From Octopus vulgaris (Eukaryota): a stretch of DNA of 64,000 bases. Shown piece by piece: positions 31,401-45,440 of this stretch (within the stretch, counting starts at the first letter, position 1; every line of letters starts with the position of its first letter). The notes under the pieces are model-generated. The model saw only the letters and a program-made list of their open reading frames with translations. It was not told the DNA's origin and did no database searches. The translations under genes and the position numbers were made by a program. The DNA is taken from assembly GCA_951406725.2 (NCBI GenBank), contig OX597824.1, positions 42,160,001-42,224,000 on the forward strand, read 5' to 3'.

Positions 31401-34400
31401 AATTCTCCATATCAGCAAGCTTTTTCTCAACAACAGCTTTAAACTTTATGCTCTCCAACGTCGTTGACTTTTCAAGTAACATAAACTTTTTAATTTTAAA
31501 TTAAAAGTATACCTTTCTTATGCTTAAATGATAAACAGATGCATGAGGAAATCACTAGTCGCATTGAACAAAATTTAGTAGAAGAGTTATGAGGTAAAAT
31601 GTTACGAAATTTCATGTCAGTAAGAGAGTAAAGGAGTAACTCTTCAGCTTTAAGACTAAAAAATATATTTCTAAAATCAATGTTTACTTTCTAAGGCGCC
31701 GAGCTGGCAGAAAAGTTAATACGCCAGGAGATAATGCTTAACGGTATTTCGTCTGTCTTTACGTTTTTTAAGTTCGCTGAGGTCTATTTTGACGCAAAGA
31801 TTATTTAATTAACTTTTTTTTAGCTAAACACTTTTAAACTTCCGATACTGGTAGCATATGTCACAATGAACAGGGTTTATTCTTAACGATTTTGACAAGA
31901 TTTTGTATTTTAGAAGTTATTTCATCAGAAGTTACAGAGTGACAATGGAGAAATTCGTGTTTGATAAGTGCCAACACACGAAACTCTCAGCTTGTGTAAA
32001 CAAATCTCATCACACAGTCGAACCAATGAAGGAGCCTCTACCTGGTCCCTCGACACGCTAAAAATAGCAGCTAACGTATCCCCCTACCTAAATCACACGC
32101 CCATTATATATAATGTCCTAGATTATCCCTAAAAAGACGTTTTGTTGAAGGCTGGAATGTCTTTGATGATACGTTTGGAGTATCAGGGTTTATTTGAGGC
32201 TAAATAACAACATTATGGTCAATTTCTATATTGACACCTACACGATTTTCACTAAGAACCCCACCCCACCCCCCAAAAAAAATTTGATTTTTTTGCGTGG
32301 AATCAAGTACCCTGACCCCCTAATATGCTGCAAATCCCTTATTTTGGTTCGGAAAAAATGAGGGGGATTCCACCCCCCAATCCCGGAATCATTAGAAATT
32401 TGTTTTCGTTGAATGAATTCCTGTGATCTAATATTGCAAACTTAGGTTACTTAAGGTGAGCCTGGTAACTGATGCTTATGGGGTCTTGTTGTTTGTAACT
32501 TTTGGTAAGCCATGGTGCAACCAACAGCATGGTAAAAGTCCCTGCCATTAATTTGGTGTGGATGGGTAATATGAAATAATTCAATCACAACATATTTTTT
32601 AATTAATCACGAAAAAACTGAAATATTATCATCACCCACATGGAAAAATTGAAATATTATCTTTCAGTATTTTATAAGGTAAAACTCTTAAATTATTAAT
32701 TGACACATTATAACAGCAATGCCTAGGAAAATCATGGATTGCATGGGAAAATGCGAGCATGAGAAGTCATATTCTTAAGATTATAAACCTACGTGGGGTT
32801 ATTTACTTTTTTGTGTTTAGATTATTAACACCACTAGAGGGAATTTTGTCTATTGGTACTTTGCATAATTCCGTAGCCTAATTTATTTAACTCACTTTAT
32901 TACGTATCTAATAAAACCTTTTCAATTATGAGTTCATAATTTTTCTTTTTTTTTTTTTTTGTCACTTAACCAAAGGCGACAGTCTTGACTCATTTTCGCG
33001 GCTTCTGTGACACGACTAGTGGAAGGATATTATCCTCAAATCTAAGTATGGGTTCGAATGACTGTAACAGACTCCGAAAAAGCTACATACTTATGCTTCT
33101 GGAAAAATCATGAATGTACGACTTCTATATTCCCTTACAATTCTTCCTAATTTTTGGCATTATACCAGCAATTTTAAGGGAATGTGAAAGTCGATCATAT
33201 CAACTCCAGTACTTAGCTGGTATTTATTTTATCGACACCGAATTGATGAAAGGCAAAATCTATCTCGCTGACATATGAATTCAGAACCTTTAAACCGGAA
33301 CAAATATCGCAAAGCATTTTGTGCAACGTGCTTACGATTCTGCCAGTTCACTACCGTAATGTATTCCTTCTCAATAAAATTAAGTACTGGGCCTCTTATC
33401 CAGTTTCCAGAAACCCGGGATTACTGTGCACTATACTGTACCCTGTGTTAAGTAAAAAGACCCTGTTTTTTTTTCCTAATTGGTTAATTTGCCATACGGT
33501 GTGTTAAAAATAGTTTTATTCTTTACTTTTTATGTAGATCGATAAAGATTAAACATACTCTACTTTAGAAGCGTATTAATTTGTACCTGTGTCTGTGAAA
33601 TAAAATCAAGACCTTTACTTTTCTTCGTTCAATTTTCGCCTTATAAACATATATAACACTGTATACGTGGTAGAGAACGGTATATTTTACGAATTTAAAT
33701 GGTCGATCTGTTCTATTTAAGCGTTCAAGACGATGCCCCAGCATGGCTGCTGTCTAAAAGAGTGAAACAAATAAAAGAAGAGACGAAAAGAAAACATTAT
33801 TAATTTACTAACGGCGAGACTTTGTATTTCAGATAGATAAAGGATCAAGCTAATTTCACTGCAATGATATTTCTGAAAGTCAAATGGTAGATTTAAATCC
33901 AGAAAAATCATTTAGTTTGGCCCTTTATGCTTCATGAAATCCTGCATTCACTATCGTTGCTCGAAAGATTGTTTTCGTCCCACTAAGCTTTTTATTTATA
34001 GGCCCATCTTATATTAAGAGATGAGAATGACGTGATATTCATGCGTTTCTTAAGTGTGTTACCTTGGTATGATGAAATGAAGAAAAAAAGAAAACTAACT
34101 CCAATAGAGAATCGAAACCCGCTGATGGATTTAGCAGGTGATGTGGATTATCTTTGCTCTGAGGCACTCATTAGCATCATCACTGTCTGATAATGAAGAC
34201 CATGAAGTTAATAAATGAAAAAAATATATCATTTATAATAGAATCACTTTAGCATTTTGTTTGATTTGTTTTATTTTATTATATTTTACATATATATATT
34301 CTTTAATATGCTACAGACAAAACCCCTATAGTTTGAAGGTATAGGGATGGGAAATTTGTGATGTTCATACCATTCTGAAGGGTATTAACAACACGAGGGA

Positions 34401-34604
34401 AGTGAATTGGCTTCAACCGAGGGACGGGGATAGACAGTGTTTTCTCGGTGTCGGCTCGCCAGGAGCTTAGTTCTACCCTACGGTGTTCATCATTGTGTCG
34501 GCTCTAATAATGAAGACCCAGCCGTAGTATTTAAAATAAAAATATCATATAAAAGATAAAACACAATAATAACAACAACAATAACGACGACGACGACAAC
34601 AATC

Positions 34605-34644
<40 letters not shown>

Positions 34645-35834
34645 TAATAATAATAATAATAATAACAATGATAATAATAATAATTTCTCTATTGTAATAA
34701 TAATAGTAATAATATTTAAGACGCTTAAGAAATGAAAACATGCATTCAGATAGAGGTACATACATGCACACGTGCTAGCGTCTTTTTCTTATTAATTTTC
34801 TCATTTTCTTCGACCCCTTCTCCTGCTCCCTTCATCCTTCTGTTCCCTCCCTGTTTCTCTCCACTTCCCTTAACCCTTCCCCTTCCGCGTCTTCTTCTCA
34901 TTGGTCGGCCGCCTTTCTTTCTTTATAATTATTTTAATTGGCTTTAAATGTCAGTAACTTGAATCTACCCATTAATGTAATGTCGTCTCTCTCCCTTTCC
35001 AGCCAGCAATTTCGTGTGCGTATGTATGTGTGCGAGTATGTGTGTATGTATAGTAACCTCCATATTATTATTAATTTGTTTGTTTGTTTTTTTGGTTTTT
35101 GCGATATGCTGTTTGTTTTATAATTAGTCTTATTATTTTTGTTGTTTTTAGCTATTGCAGTTGTTTGTTGCTATTCAATTCTTTTGATTTCTTCCCCACC
35201 CCATCCCTAAACCCCATTGTTTTCTCAGTATTATTTTCGCTTTTTCTTTTCTTTTTTTTTCCTTTTTTATTCGTCTTTACAGTATTCTACTTCGAAGCTC
35301 AACTTTCAAAATGAACCTCTTTTTTTCCTTCATATTCATAATCTCTCTTCCTTTTATTGTGATTTTTTTTTTCTTTTCCTATAACACATTATACCATCCA
35401 ACACTTTGTAACTCCCGCTTCCTTACCTTTACTTGAATTCTGTTCTAGAGAAAAGGAACAAAACAGGACCAGGATAGACGGAGGTAAGGTATCAAAATGG
35501 ATGTCATGTGAAGCTCTTCAGTAAAGGAGATTGAAAAGGTGGAGTTCATCGCAAAGAAAGCAGAAAGCGCTGCTGTTTATTCTGTTCTATTCATTTTTTT
35601 ATAAGCACTTCTTTTTCTGTATATATGTGTGCATGTATACGTGTGTGTATCTATGACTATGTGTGTGTGTATGCCTATGCGTATTTTTTTCTGTGTTTCA
35701 CCTGTACTTTTTGTTTTATGTTTTATTTCATCTATCTTTTTACCGCTATTATTTGATTCCCGTTTTCTTTATTTTAATTATTGTTAGCTAGTTTATTTTA
35801 ACCCTGAGCATCAACCCCTCCCCACCTCTCTCTG

Positions 35835-35880
<46 letters not shown>

Positions 35881-35926
35881 TGTATGTATGTATGTATATG
35901 CATGTATGTGTGCGTGTGTGAGCGCG

Positions 35927-35961
<35 letters not shown>

Positions 35962-36539
35962 ACACATACAAAATACTCACAGTCACACTCGTCGTACATA
36001 TGATTTTCTGGCTAGCTACGTTTCAATATAGCTATGTTACTTTCACTTTCGTTCTCATTCTCTTTCTGCCTGTGTATATATATATATGTGTGTATGTATG
36101 TATGTATGTATGTATGTATGTATGTATGTATGTATGTATGTATCTATCTATCTATCCATCCATCCATCTATCCATCCATCTATACATACATACATACATA
36201 CATACATACATACATACACACATATGATCTTTATGACTGCCTGTTTGACAATGTGCGTATCTTCATTTACTCTATAAACATATCTAATTTAGTTCTTTTT
36301 TTTTCTCATGAATCTCATTCTGATTTCCTGTCTTACCTACACTCCCCTCTTCTCCCCCTCTCTCTTTCATTCTCTCCATTTTTTTTCTATCTGTCTTTCT
36401 TTCATTGTACGTCTGTCTCCGTTAAAATTCATCTATACGTCATTCGGCATTGTTTGCTTCTGTTTTCTTTCTTCCTCTATAACTCCTTGTGTTTACTCCT
36501 TCAAATAGCACTACATACTTCAACCACTCCGACATTTTG

Positions 36540-36570
<31 letters not shown>

Positions 36571-36824
36571 TCCTTCCTTCTTTTTTTGTTTTCTTCTTTC
36601 ACCATTAAAAAGTACGCAACGGTTGAAAATGTTGCCACTGTATTCTTTCCTTCTTTTCTAGTCTTCTATATTTCTTTCCGCTCTTCCATTCTCCTCCTCT
36701 TTCCCCACCACTTCTTGTTCAGTGAGGGGTCATGTCTAATCCCATAGATTTTTCAAAGCTCCTCCTTCTTTCGCATATGCCGCTACATCTGTCGACTGTT
36801 TTCCTCTCTCTTCCACATTTTTTT

Positions 36825-36871
<47 letters not shown>

Positions 36872-37539
36872 TCTGACATTTTTCTTTTCCTTTTTCTCTC
36901 CCCTTTTTTTTTATTATCGCCATGTTAATTCCAATCCATTTATGCGGAAAGCGGCGAGAGATATCAGCAGATGTGACTCTATTATTGTTGAGACATTTTA
37001 AAGAAGCCCTCCGCTCTGTAAGACGTTCTGGGTCGCGATGGCAGCAACGGCGGCGGCGGCGGAGGTAGTGGTAATGGTGGCTGAAGTGGTAGTGGAGAAA
37101 TCTGCTGCGATGATGGTGGCGGCGGTGGTTGAAGTGATGTATCCAGTAAAGATGATGGTGATTGTGAAAAGATTGGCGCTAACGAACGCGATTATGATAG
37201 TATTGCTGATGATTGTATTGGTGGCAGGATCGGAAACGGTGGTGGTGTTTTTGGTGATGGTTAAAGTAGTAGTAGAAAAGATTAGTTGTTGTAGTATCTT
37301 TAGTAGTAATAACAACGGTGGTGGTGGTGGTGGTAGTTTATGCGGTGACATTGGTGATAGGAATGATGATGGTAATGTTATTGATGAAGATAACGATAGC
37401 GGTGGAAACACTGGGAGTTAGTGGGGGTGATTTCTCTCCTTAGTGGTAGTGATGGTGGTGGTGGTGGTGGAGTCGGTGGTATCGACGGTGAAGTTGTGTT
37501 ATTAGCGGAGATACAAATGGAATGGATATAATAGTGACA

Positions 37540-38080
<541 letters not shown>

Positions 38081-38189
38081 AGAATGGATTTGTTCGACTA
38101 AACCTTTCAAATTGTTGCCCTAGCATGGAAGCAATCAAATGACAAACAAGTAAAAGATAAAATATGTCAGTTGAATGAAAAAGGGTCAA

Positions 38190-38435
38190 AGGAGCTTTTC
38201 GAGCTATAGACTCATAAGGCCAGTTTCCCGGATTCTGTGACGTATATATTCCCCAGCCCCTCGATGTGACTCCAATCTGTTGCAGGGTTACTCATTTTTG
38301 CCCAGCTGAGTGGACTGGAGCGATGTGAAATGAAGGGTTTTGCTCCAGAACACAACATATCGCCTTGTTCAGGAATCGCGACTACAATCTTACGATCATG
38401 ATTGCAACACCCTAACCACTAAGCCACGCGCCTTT
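38190..38435 (-). mobile_element. SINE family C-related copy
   Basis: Minus-strand head AAGGCGCGTGGCTTAGTGGTTAGGG; shares CTCATTTTTGCC.AGCTGAGTGGA with the copy near 10335. Confidence 0.75.
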
Positions 38436-38694
38436 AATTAACACCGTCTGCTGAATATTCAACCACTTACGCGTTAATTGGAGAAAGACGTTGTTCAGTT
38501 CATCGATTAACCGAAGGGCCGACAGAAGTCTCACTATCATTAGTCATGTCATTAGTGATGATGTTGGTGACGGTGGTGTTCATATTGGTTATGATGTCAT
38601 TGTTGTTGTTGCTGTTGTTTAACTCCAAGTGACTCCTAATCAAGCATACCCGTGGTTAAACACACCTCAATCGTAAGCATTCCATCATATTATT

Positions 38695-39060
38695 TTATTA
38701 CCTCCGCCTTAGCAAAGGCGGAGGTATTGTTTTCAGTCGTATTTGATTGACCGAGGACAAGATATCTCAAGAATTGCTGGATGGATTCGGATGAAACTTT
38801 TAGAGATGTTTGGCCTCGTGACTGGCACGAACTGATTAGATTTTGAGATCAATCCCGTACCGGACAAGGATTATGAATTATTTTTCCTGCTTTTTTTTAC
38901 TTAATTTTTGAGAGAGGTCGGGTTCATTTTTAGTATTCTCATTTGTGAGAGCAGTCGAGTTTATTTCAGATATTCTCTTTTTAAAAATCATCTCTGGCTA
39001 ATTGTTGAGGGACGTTGGTGTCACTTTGGCGGGGGTTTGCGCTCTCTAAGTGCTCCTGTT
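38695..39060 (+). mobile_element. non-autonomous Helentron-associated element (HINE/DINE-1-like)
   Basis: 5' sub-terminal inverted repeat TTACCTCCGCC-TTAGCAAA-GGCGGAGGTA, 3' sub-TIR GGCGGGGGT followed by a short stem GCGCTC..AGTGC, T-rich ends. Confidence 0.75.
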
Positions 39061-39441
39061 TATTATTATTTTTTTTTTTACTTCTTTCAGTCATTGGGTT
39101 GCGCTCATGCTGGGGAACGGCCTTCACGAGTTTTAATAAACACATGATAGATATGGAAAACGAAATATACGAGAAACTTTATTTGTAACAACGTTTGTTT
39201 CGATCTCTCCTGCTGTGATCTCTCGCGGCTGGGATACCGTACAACTCATTGTGGTGCATCCCATCCTTTGGTGCAGAAGTGTTTCGTCAGATGATTTCAC
39301 AAGAGGTACCTCGTTAAATAAACTGCTCTATTCGGTTTTAATACGACCATAGGTTTAAGCCATTGGGCAGGAATATATACATACATACATACATACATAC
39401 ATACATACATACATACATACATACATACATACATACATACA

Positions 39442-39469
<28 letters not shown>

Positions 39470-39473
<4 letters not shown>

Positions 39474-39685
39474 AAGTTAATCCAAACATGAAAGCACAAA
39501 AAAACACAACAACGCGAGGACGTGGAACAAATATAGTATTATTGGACGCCCAGGAAAGAAGGAAAGAAGGAGAGTTTAACGTTTCGAGTGGAGCTCTTCG
39601 TCGGAAACATAGGAGAAGGAAAGATCCAGAGAAGCGAAGACAGAGGGAAAAAAATCGCCAACGGTACACACGCGGTCACATTTTG
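39470..39685 (-). mobile_element. Penelope-like (pLTR-derived) non-coding element with hammerhead-like motif
   Basis: Minus strand 39608-39574 reads GTTT CCGACGA A GAG-CTCCA-CTC GAAA C GTT AAAC; adjacent to (ACAT)n. Confidence 0.6.
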
Positions 39686-40305
39686 AACAGACAGACACAC
39701 GACGTGTTTCCACTTATTTTTTGTTCGCCAAATTTACTCACAAGGCATTGATTGGCTCGGGGCTATAACAGAAGTCACTTGCTCAAAGCACCGTGCAGTG
39801 GGATTGAACACAAAACCACGTGACTACAAAGCACGCTTCTTGATTATACAATCATGCCCACACATATGTTTTCATAATGATGTTCCAAGATGAGCGTCTG
39901 CCAATCGGTGTTCCCGGTACCCTAAGATTCCGCCAGAGGTCACTAGCTGTTCTGTAAGAGGTGGCAAGTTGTCCCGCATGAATTACTGAAGACAGGCTAA
40001 TAGCATGCAAACGAACAGGTTTTTAAAAATTTTTTTGTCACATTTGTGTTTAATTGTATGGTTTTCTCCTCTTTTACATATTTCAGTCGTTGAACTGGGC
40101 AAGGCTGGAGCACCGTTCTATGGGGTTAGCTGAGCAAATCGACCCCAGTATTTATTTTGTATTTAATCCATCGCTTTTTGCCAAACCAAGAATAAACCAA
40201 AAACGACTCACCATTTGACAACTGGTGTTAGTTTGGTTACATCACCATAACTTAGCGGTTTGGCAAATTAATACCAGACATCAATAAAATAAATAACAAG
40301 CGCAA

Positions 40306-40455
40306 GCGTGGCTGTGTGGTAAGTAGCTTGCTTACCAACCACATGGTTCCGGGCTCAGTCACACAGATGATACCTTGGGTAAGCGTCTTCTACTATAGCC
40401 TTGGGCCTACCAAGTAGATTTGGTAGGCGGAAACTGAAAGAAGCTCATCATATAC
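40306..40455 (+). mobile_element. SINE family B
   Basis: GCGTGGCTGTGTGGTAAGTAGCTTGCTTACCAACCACATGGTTCCGGG...GGAAACTGAAAGAAGC followed by (TA)n(TG)n. Confidence 0.85.
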
Positions 40456-40458
40456 GTA

Positions 40459-40561
<103 letters not shown>

Positions 40562-40944
40562 GTGTGTGTATGTGCACCCTTGCGTGTGCTTGTGTCTGTG
40601 TTTGTTCCCCCATCATCAATCGGTACTAGCGTGTCTACGTCATTGTAACATTGCGGTTCAGCAAAAAAGGCCAATAGAATAAGCGCCAGCCTTTTAAAAA
40701 TGTAAGTACTGGGGTTGATATATTCGACTAAAAATTCTTCAAGGTAATGGTGATGGTGGTGGTGGTTGTGATGGTGGTGGTGGTATTGTTGGTTGTGATG
40801 GTGATGATGGTTGGGATGATGGTGTTGTTGATGTTGGTGGTAGGGTTGGTGGTGGTGCCGATGGTAGTATGGGGGATATTACTGTTGGCGGCGAAGTGGT
40901 TGGCTTTTAATTTAAAAGACATTGAACGGGTCTTAATTATTTGA

Positions 40945-41150
40945 ACTGGCAGAATTGTTAGCACGCCGAGCAAAACACCCAGCGCCATTTCGTCCGTCTT
41001 TACGTTCTGAGTTCAAATGTCGCTGGAGTCGACTTTGCCTTTCACCCATTCATGATCGATAAAATAAGTGCCAGTCGAGCACTGGGGCTATATAATCGGC
41101 TTATCATCCCTTCCTCGAACTTGCTGGCCTTGTGCCAAAATTAGAAATTA
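40945..41150 (+). mobile_element. SINE family A
   Basis: CTGGCAGAATTGTTAGCACGCCG...TTCTGAGTTCAAATG...GACTTTGCCTTTCA. Confidence 0.85.
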
Positions 41151-41905
41151 TTATTTCGCGCAGATCGAGTTAGCACCTGAGGAATTTTTCGCTGACTTCA
41201 TATTTATTTATTGGTAGTTGCAACGGGCGTTATGTTCGGGGTAAAGAAGAAATTTGACATTGCTGCAATTATCTATGATTTTGTTCAGACCTGGTCATCC
41301 CTGGTCGGGCAGGCTTATGGTCAAAGCTAGCTCCCTCTATTAGCTCTATTCCAACATATTATTGAGGCACAATATATTTAGAACTATATCATTCAGTGTG
41401 TCTTTCTGAAGACAGAAAAAAGGATCGTAAGAATGTGAATTGAAATGGATTTGGTGGCTATTACTAACAGGCTAAGCGACCTTGCAGAATATGCACCGAT
41501 TGTTCGCTGTCGTTTTCATTGTCGATATGTTTGGCCTCAGACCGGTGCTGATCGAGAAACTCACTATCAACGATATTCCACCTGTGGTTATCCGTTTTCA
41601 TTTTCCTGTTTACAGTCAGCTCAAAGTTTTTCATGTCTTTTCAAAAACGGTGGTGGGTAAGGAATTAAAAGAGATTTGATTGTTATATTTGGCACGGTGA
41701 ATAACCACACTAAGGCCCCTTCATTGGCTCCTAGAAACTGTAGAAGCTGTTGTTCAACTTCCGGTTTGCTCAAGTCAAGCAGACTTATCATGAAAAAATT
41801 CCAGATGTGATCGTTCCCTACGGTGAGAGAGAGGGATAGAGAGAGAGAGGGAGAGAGAGAGAGAGGGAGAGAGAGAGGGAGAGAGAGGGAAAGAGAGAGG
41901 GAAAG

Positions 41906-41968
<63 letters not shown>

Positions 41969-42184
41969 GAGAGAACTTCAGACCACTACGTTTCCTAATG
42001 TCTCTTTTTTTTATAATATAGTAGGGTATGGTTTCAAGGCGGTTTGGCTACTACTTCTAACAGGTCAAGGGACTATGTAAAGGTCATTGACAGTTATTTT
42101 TGTGATTGTTATCGTTCTTCTTAGTAGTATTGGTAATGGTGTGGTGTGGTGATAGTGCTTTTGATCAGAAGCCAACATCTGGTG

Positions 42185-42535
42185 CAGTGGTTCTAAACCG
42201 GGGCCCATATGGCCTCTAATGGTTCATATAAGCTTCTTAGGGGTCAATGCAGCAAAATAGTAAACTGGGGATCCACAATAGCATGTTAATAAGGGCTTCT
42301 GAATAAATTTGCTTTAGATGTATGTATTGCTTTGTATTGCAAGAAACAGCTAGGTTTTTTCTCTAGCATTTTATATAGTTCAACCTACACAAGTTAATGT
42401 GTGAAAAACAAAACAGGAATTTTGAAAGAAGTTTCTATAAAACTACTAGTTAAACGTAAAATGGCTATGGGGTCCACCAGAATGAAATACTAATCAAAGG
42501 GATCCTTAGGTAAAAAAAAAAAAAATGGTTGACAT
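42185..42535. mobile_element. hAT-like MITE
   Basis: Starts CAGTGGTTCTAAACCGGGG; internal GGGGTCCA repeats; degenerate right end AAAAATGGTTGA. Confidence 0.55.
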
Positions 42536-43167
42536 GACAACACCTTATCTGGAGTGTTTTATCGGTAATGGTGACGATACAATTAGTGACAGCGCGTGCG
42601 CGTGTGTGGAGGGGGATGTGTGTTTTGAATAGCGATTTAAAGGTTACTACTTTACGGAATAACTTTGACATACGTGCAGCGTTAGTTAAACTGTAGTTGT
42701 CCAGGAAGAGGCTGATTACAGTAAGCTTTTAATAAAATATAATTATGTGCCTGTTGAAATTCCTCACTTGTAGTACAAGTCGAATCACCAAGTAAGAGTT
42801 TTCTGTTATTGTTTAAGGTAAGAATACGAGGGATTTTTTTTTTTTATCAGACGGGCTATAAAATTAAGTGTTTCTAATTTAGGTCCGAAATTAGCAACGT
42901 TGAAGGGAAAGGTTTTAGCCGATGTCATCGACTGCAGCACTTGACAAGCGCTTTATTTTATCGAGCCTGGATTTAAACTCGGAACGTAGAGAACTGGAAG
43001 AAATACCGCAAAGCACAACCGATACGCCATCTGACATTCTAATTATTAGACCAAATCACCATCTTCAGGAGAGCTAAAAAAATCAATGCAGTAAAAAATA
43101 AAATAAATAAAACAGCAGAAACCGTAGAGATCGAGAGTAGAAGTATGGCCATGTATTCATTTATTCT

Positions 43168-43562
43168 TTTCTACTCTAGGCACAAGGCCTGAAATTTTTG
43201 GGGAGGGGGCCAGTCAATTAGATTGACCCCAGTACGCAACTGGTACTTAATTTATCGACCCCGAAAGGATGAAAGGTAAAGTCGACCTTGGCGAAATTTT
43301 AACTCAGAACGTAAAGGCAGACGAAATACCTGTTTCTTTATTGCCCACAAGGAGCTAAACACAGAGAGGACAAACAAGGACAGACAAACGGATTAAATCG
43401 ATTATATCGACCTCAGTGCGTAACAGGTACTTATTTAATCGACCCCGAAAGGATAAAAGGTAAAGTCGACCTCGGCGGAATATGAACTCAGAACGCAGCG
43501 GCAGACGAAGTACCGGTAAGCATTTCGCCCGGCGTGCTAACGTTTCTTCTAGCTCGCTGCCT
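43168..43562 (-). mobile_element. dimeric SINE family A
   Basis: Two tandem cores (ATCGACCCCGAAAGGAT...GTCGACCT.GGCG.AAT...AACTCAGAACG) with a single full head ending near 43562. Confidence 0.9.
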
Positions 43563-45294
43563 TATTATGACCATATATTAATTCATCTCTCGAAGGTGGG
43601 AAGCTGGCGGAATCTTTAGCACACACACACAAAAAAAATACTTAGTGGCATTTCGTTCATCTCCCCGTTGAGTTCAAATTCCGCCGACATTGTCTTTCAT
43701 TGTCTTGAGCACTGGGATCGATGTAACCAATTTTATTCCACTTCTCAAATCTGAAATTTCAGGTTTTGTGCCTATAACAGAAAAGATTAATTCGTCTCTT
43801 GGTTTACGTAGTTTACTGGTTCAGTTTAAGGTATTATTCAGACAAGCAAGCTTTTTTTTTTAACTCAATTACTACTCTTCATGCATAATGTGAAAATGCA
43901 GGCAACAGAGAGTTCGTAGCTTTTTTCATGTAACTTTAAAAAAAAAAAGAAGTCAAAACGTATCCTTAGTAAAATGACGTTTCGGTAATAAATTATGCGG
44001 ATAATTTACAAGAGCTCGATAGACCTGAATCGTAGACATATTTAGACATGGATAGGGGCGAAATATGGTGTATAAAAGAGTGTAAAGATAGCAATTAAGA
44101 TTAACTGTATTGAATGGACGTTTTGCCAATGCTCAAATTGTACTTGAACAGTAATGATATTTCTTGCGTTTGCTGAAACAGCTATAAATTGCTGTAAGTT
44201 ATTGGACTTGGACGTGACAGAATCAAACACAATATATCGCTACACAAGGAAGCTATTAAAAAGTATCACATGCTGCACAATAAAACAGGCATTTGGTGAG
44301 TGTATATTCCGAGAAAGGAGAGCAGACAGAAGCTTATAGGAGTAGTAAAGGTAGCTTAAGAAGCTGATTATTATCTTTCAAATTCACATGAAAATCTGCT
44401 CTATGTCATTGTCGAATATGATAGGGCGAAAGGTAATAAATCAGTCACCGAAGCAGCAATAATATTTCCGTAAGAAATTGGATTATATTTTCAAGGAATA
44501 AAAATCTGAACCTGAGTAGAGGCTAAAGAACACCAAAATCTAATGATCGTAATTAAGAACCACAAAGGTATGTCTTTACATTATCAATAATTTAGGGAGA
44601 TGTGTGACACACAGACACATATATATCTAGGAAATCATTTCTTGCCAGAACAAAACTATTGAATGAATGTAGGTCAACTGAAAGTACTGCTTTCTTGGGA
44701 GGGTGCTATTTAAACATGGTAGACTTTTATATATATACATGGATTCTATAACGTGGAAAGTGAATAAACATTGGCTTGCATTATTGTGTCTGGGAAAAAA
44801 GCTTAAAAATATTGCATAAAGTTATCAAAATTTAACACTCAATAACATTATCTACAGTAACAACATGAACAACATCAGGAATAAGTATCCCCGTAGTTAG
44901 CAGCCAATTTTCGATCACATTGCATTCTACTCTAAAAAATGGGAAGTAAATTTAGGATAATGTAGTTCTAGACAGATCGTGTCCAAAGAGAACAGAGATG
45001 GACACAGATGATATATCTTTGGTCATACATCTGTTTGATCAAATTTAATATGGATCCAAACAACAATAATTCTAATTTCTTATATAGGCTTAAATTAGGT
45101 GTGAAATATGGAGGATTGGCTAACTAATTACAGTTTCATTCTGGAAAGATGTCATCATCGGGATTTGGCCGGAGAACGTAAAGAAGCGAAAATAAATCCT
45201 TTCTGCTAAAGGTACAAGGCCTGAAATTTGAGGAGATGGGGTGGCCAGTCGATTACATCGGCCCCCAATTCTCAACTGGTATTTATTTTACCAT

Positions 45295-45440
45295 AAGAAC
45301 GCGGATTCGATTCTCAGACCGGGCATTGTGAGTATTTATTGAGCAAAAACACCTAAGCTCCACGAGGCTCCGGCGGGGGTGGGGGGAGTGAACCCCGCTG
45401 TACTCTTTCACCACAACTTTCTCACACTCTTTCTTCCTAC
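45295..45440 (+). mobile_element. probable SINE fragment (distinct family)
   Basis: B-box-like GATTCGATTCTC followed by a GC-rich body and a pyrimidine-rich end. Confidence 0.45.

Noticed and set aside
44181-44301. Possible exon (ACAG acceptor ... G|GTGAGT donor) in ORF 44154..44339
   Set aside because: Weak acceptor, no recognisable protein similarity and no partner exons; RNA-seq would be needed.
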